A DNA stretch of 63,999 bases, filler included, from Octopus bimaculoides (lineage: Eukaryota), in assembly GCF_001194135.2 (NCBI RefSeq). It is 5 parts of 5 records of this genome, joined end to end, with 100 filler letters (N's around TTAATTAATTAA, not from the genome) between each part and the next. Parts side by side here need not be neighbours in the genome. Positions count along the whole stretch, not along the records: positions 60,009 to 62,878 come from NC_068986.1; positions 62,979 to 63,999 come from NC_068985.1; 3 more parts are not named here. One strand, given 5' to 3'. The notes under the pieces were generated by a model. That model made no database searches and was not told where the DNA came from. It saw only the letters and a program-made list of their open reading frames with translations. A program made the position numbers and the translations under genes. Positions 62,528-63,999 of this stretch are shown piece after piece (the stretch's first letter is position 1; the number at the start of each line of letters is the position of its first letter).

Positions 62528-62878
62528 GTTTAGTAGTTTTATTTTTATAACGTGCTTTCACTTCACTACCGAGCGCAGCTCTGTGCGCCTTGGGTATGTG
62601 CTGTGGTGCTCTTATGTTTACTGTATTGAAAGTGTTTTGCGTAGAATGTGTGCAGTACCCAGTAGTGCAATTTTCTGTATGTTATATATATTTGTAAGTC
62701 CTGGTGTTTTTGTTATGTATTTGTCTGAATATTTTTTTATTATACCTAAGGCACCTACTATGATAGGAATTGTTTCTGTTTTTAGATTCCACATTCGAGT
62801 TATCTCTATTTCCAGGTCTTTGTATTTTGAAAGTTTTTCCATTTCTTTTAGAGAAACGTTGTCATCTGCTGGTATTGA
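62528..62878 (-). mobile_element. young R4/Dong-like 3' end
   Basis: Open ORF EKLSKYKDLEIEITRMWNL..IPIIVGALG...QKIALLGTAHILRKTLSIQ*, then 3'UTR and (TAA)n. Confidence 0.9.
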
Positions 62879-63048
62879 NNNNNNNNNNNNNNNNNNNNNN
62901 NNNNNNNNNNNNNNNNNNNNNNTTAATTAATTAANNNNNNNNNNNNNNNNNNNNNNNNNNNNNNNNNNNNNNNNNNNNTATATACTTATGTGTATATATA
63001 TATATATGTTTATTTTTACACACACACACATACATACATATACATACA

Positions 63049-63080
<32 letters not shown>

Positions 63081-63614
63081 CGTGTACACATACAAGTGCG
63101 CACGCATAAACACACACACACATACACACATGCACACATACATACATACATACATACATACACTGCAACAGCAACACTCACTACAGCAACTGCGTTTAAC
63201 ATCACCAGCTCCTGACCTCACCACCACCACCACCACCACCACCACCACCACAACCACTACCACTACCACCACAGCCAACCAAATCCACCAATAACAGCAC
63301 CACAAAATCCACCACCACCACTGTCACCACCATCAACATCCGTGTCTCCCTGAACATATTTTCCTCCTCTCCCTTCTCCTCCCCCTCCCTGTCAGTGTTC
63401 TTCTTCTACTTCATCTTCTACTTCATCTTCTACTTCATCTTCTACTTCATCTTCTAGATTTTCGTCAGCGTCTGTTTAGTTTCCTGCTTACGCTATCAGT
63501 TGAATTTCACGAGCTCAGTGTTTTTTCCTAAACCATAACAACCACTGTTTTGATTTGGGAAGCCAACTAGCAACACGAGTTCCTTACTTTCCATTATCTC
63601 AGCTACGTTTAGGC

Positions 63615-63999
63615 ATGCGTACATGTATGTATGTATGTATGTATGTATGTATGTATGTATGTATGTATGTATGTATGCATGTATGTATGTGTGTATATAT
63701 GTATGTATGTTTGTATGTACGTACGTACGTACGTATGTATGTATGTATGTATTATGTATGTATGTGTGTATGCGTATGTATGTATGTGTGTATGTATGTA
63801 TGCATGTATTATGTATGTATGTATGTATGTATGCATGTGTGTATGTATGTATGTATGCATGAATGTATGTGTGTATGTATGTATGTATGTATGTTTGTAT
63901 GTACGTACATACGTATGTATGTATGTATGTATGCATGTATGTATGTGCGTGTGAGTATGTATATATGTATGTTTGTATGCATGTGTGTATGTATGTATG
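63615..63999. repeat. degenerate (TATG)n tract
   Basis: Directly visible. Confidence 0.95.

Overview
AT-rich, microsatellite-dense animal genomic DNA. The repeat families look like those of Octopus, probably O. bimaculoides (inference from memory, no database search). It is a draft assembly with many N gaps and four artificial 100-bp scaffold linkers (N44-TTAATTAATTAA-N44). Left part (1-25.9 kb): the 3' half of a TP53BP1 (53BP1) orthologue on the minus strand. I traced 11 GT-AG exons with matching phases (23263 down to 5460, 1427 nt, about 475 codons) encoding tandem Tudor, UDR, a basic NLS-like linker and tandem BRCT domains. The 5' exons are missing, cut off near the first linker. The introns are CpG-depleted and carry many RTE LINE pieces, tRNA-derived SINEs, MITEs, a DD37D transposase relic and a Penelope-like relic. 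Right part (26-64 kb): four further scaffold pieces with no gene I can recognise, holding microsatellites, SINEs, R4/Dong-like retrotransposon fragments and mariner relics. I found no intact, previously undescribed multi-gene system. Best second-look items: the conserved UDR and mitotic phospho-switch in a mollusc 53BP1; a sequence record of gene-body methylation (8/8 CpGs lost in an intronic SINE copy relative to a copy outside the gene); hammerhead-ribozyme-like motifs in Penelope-like relics; inverted RTE tails bracketing a UDR exon; and a 2.2-kb foldback-containing insert that splits one Dong RT ORF. Exon boundaries were read base by base; most repeat boundaries are approximate (tens of bp).
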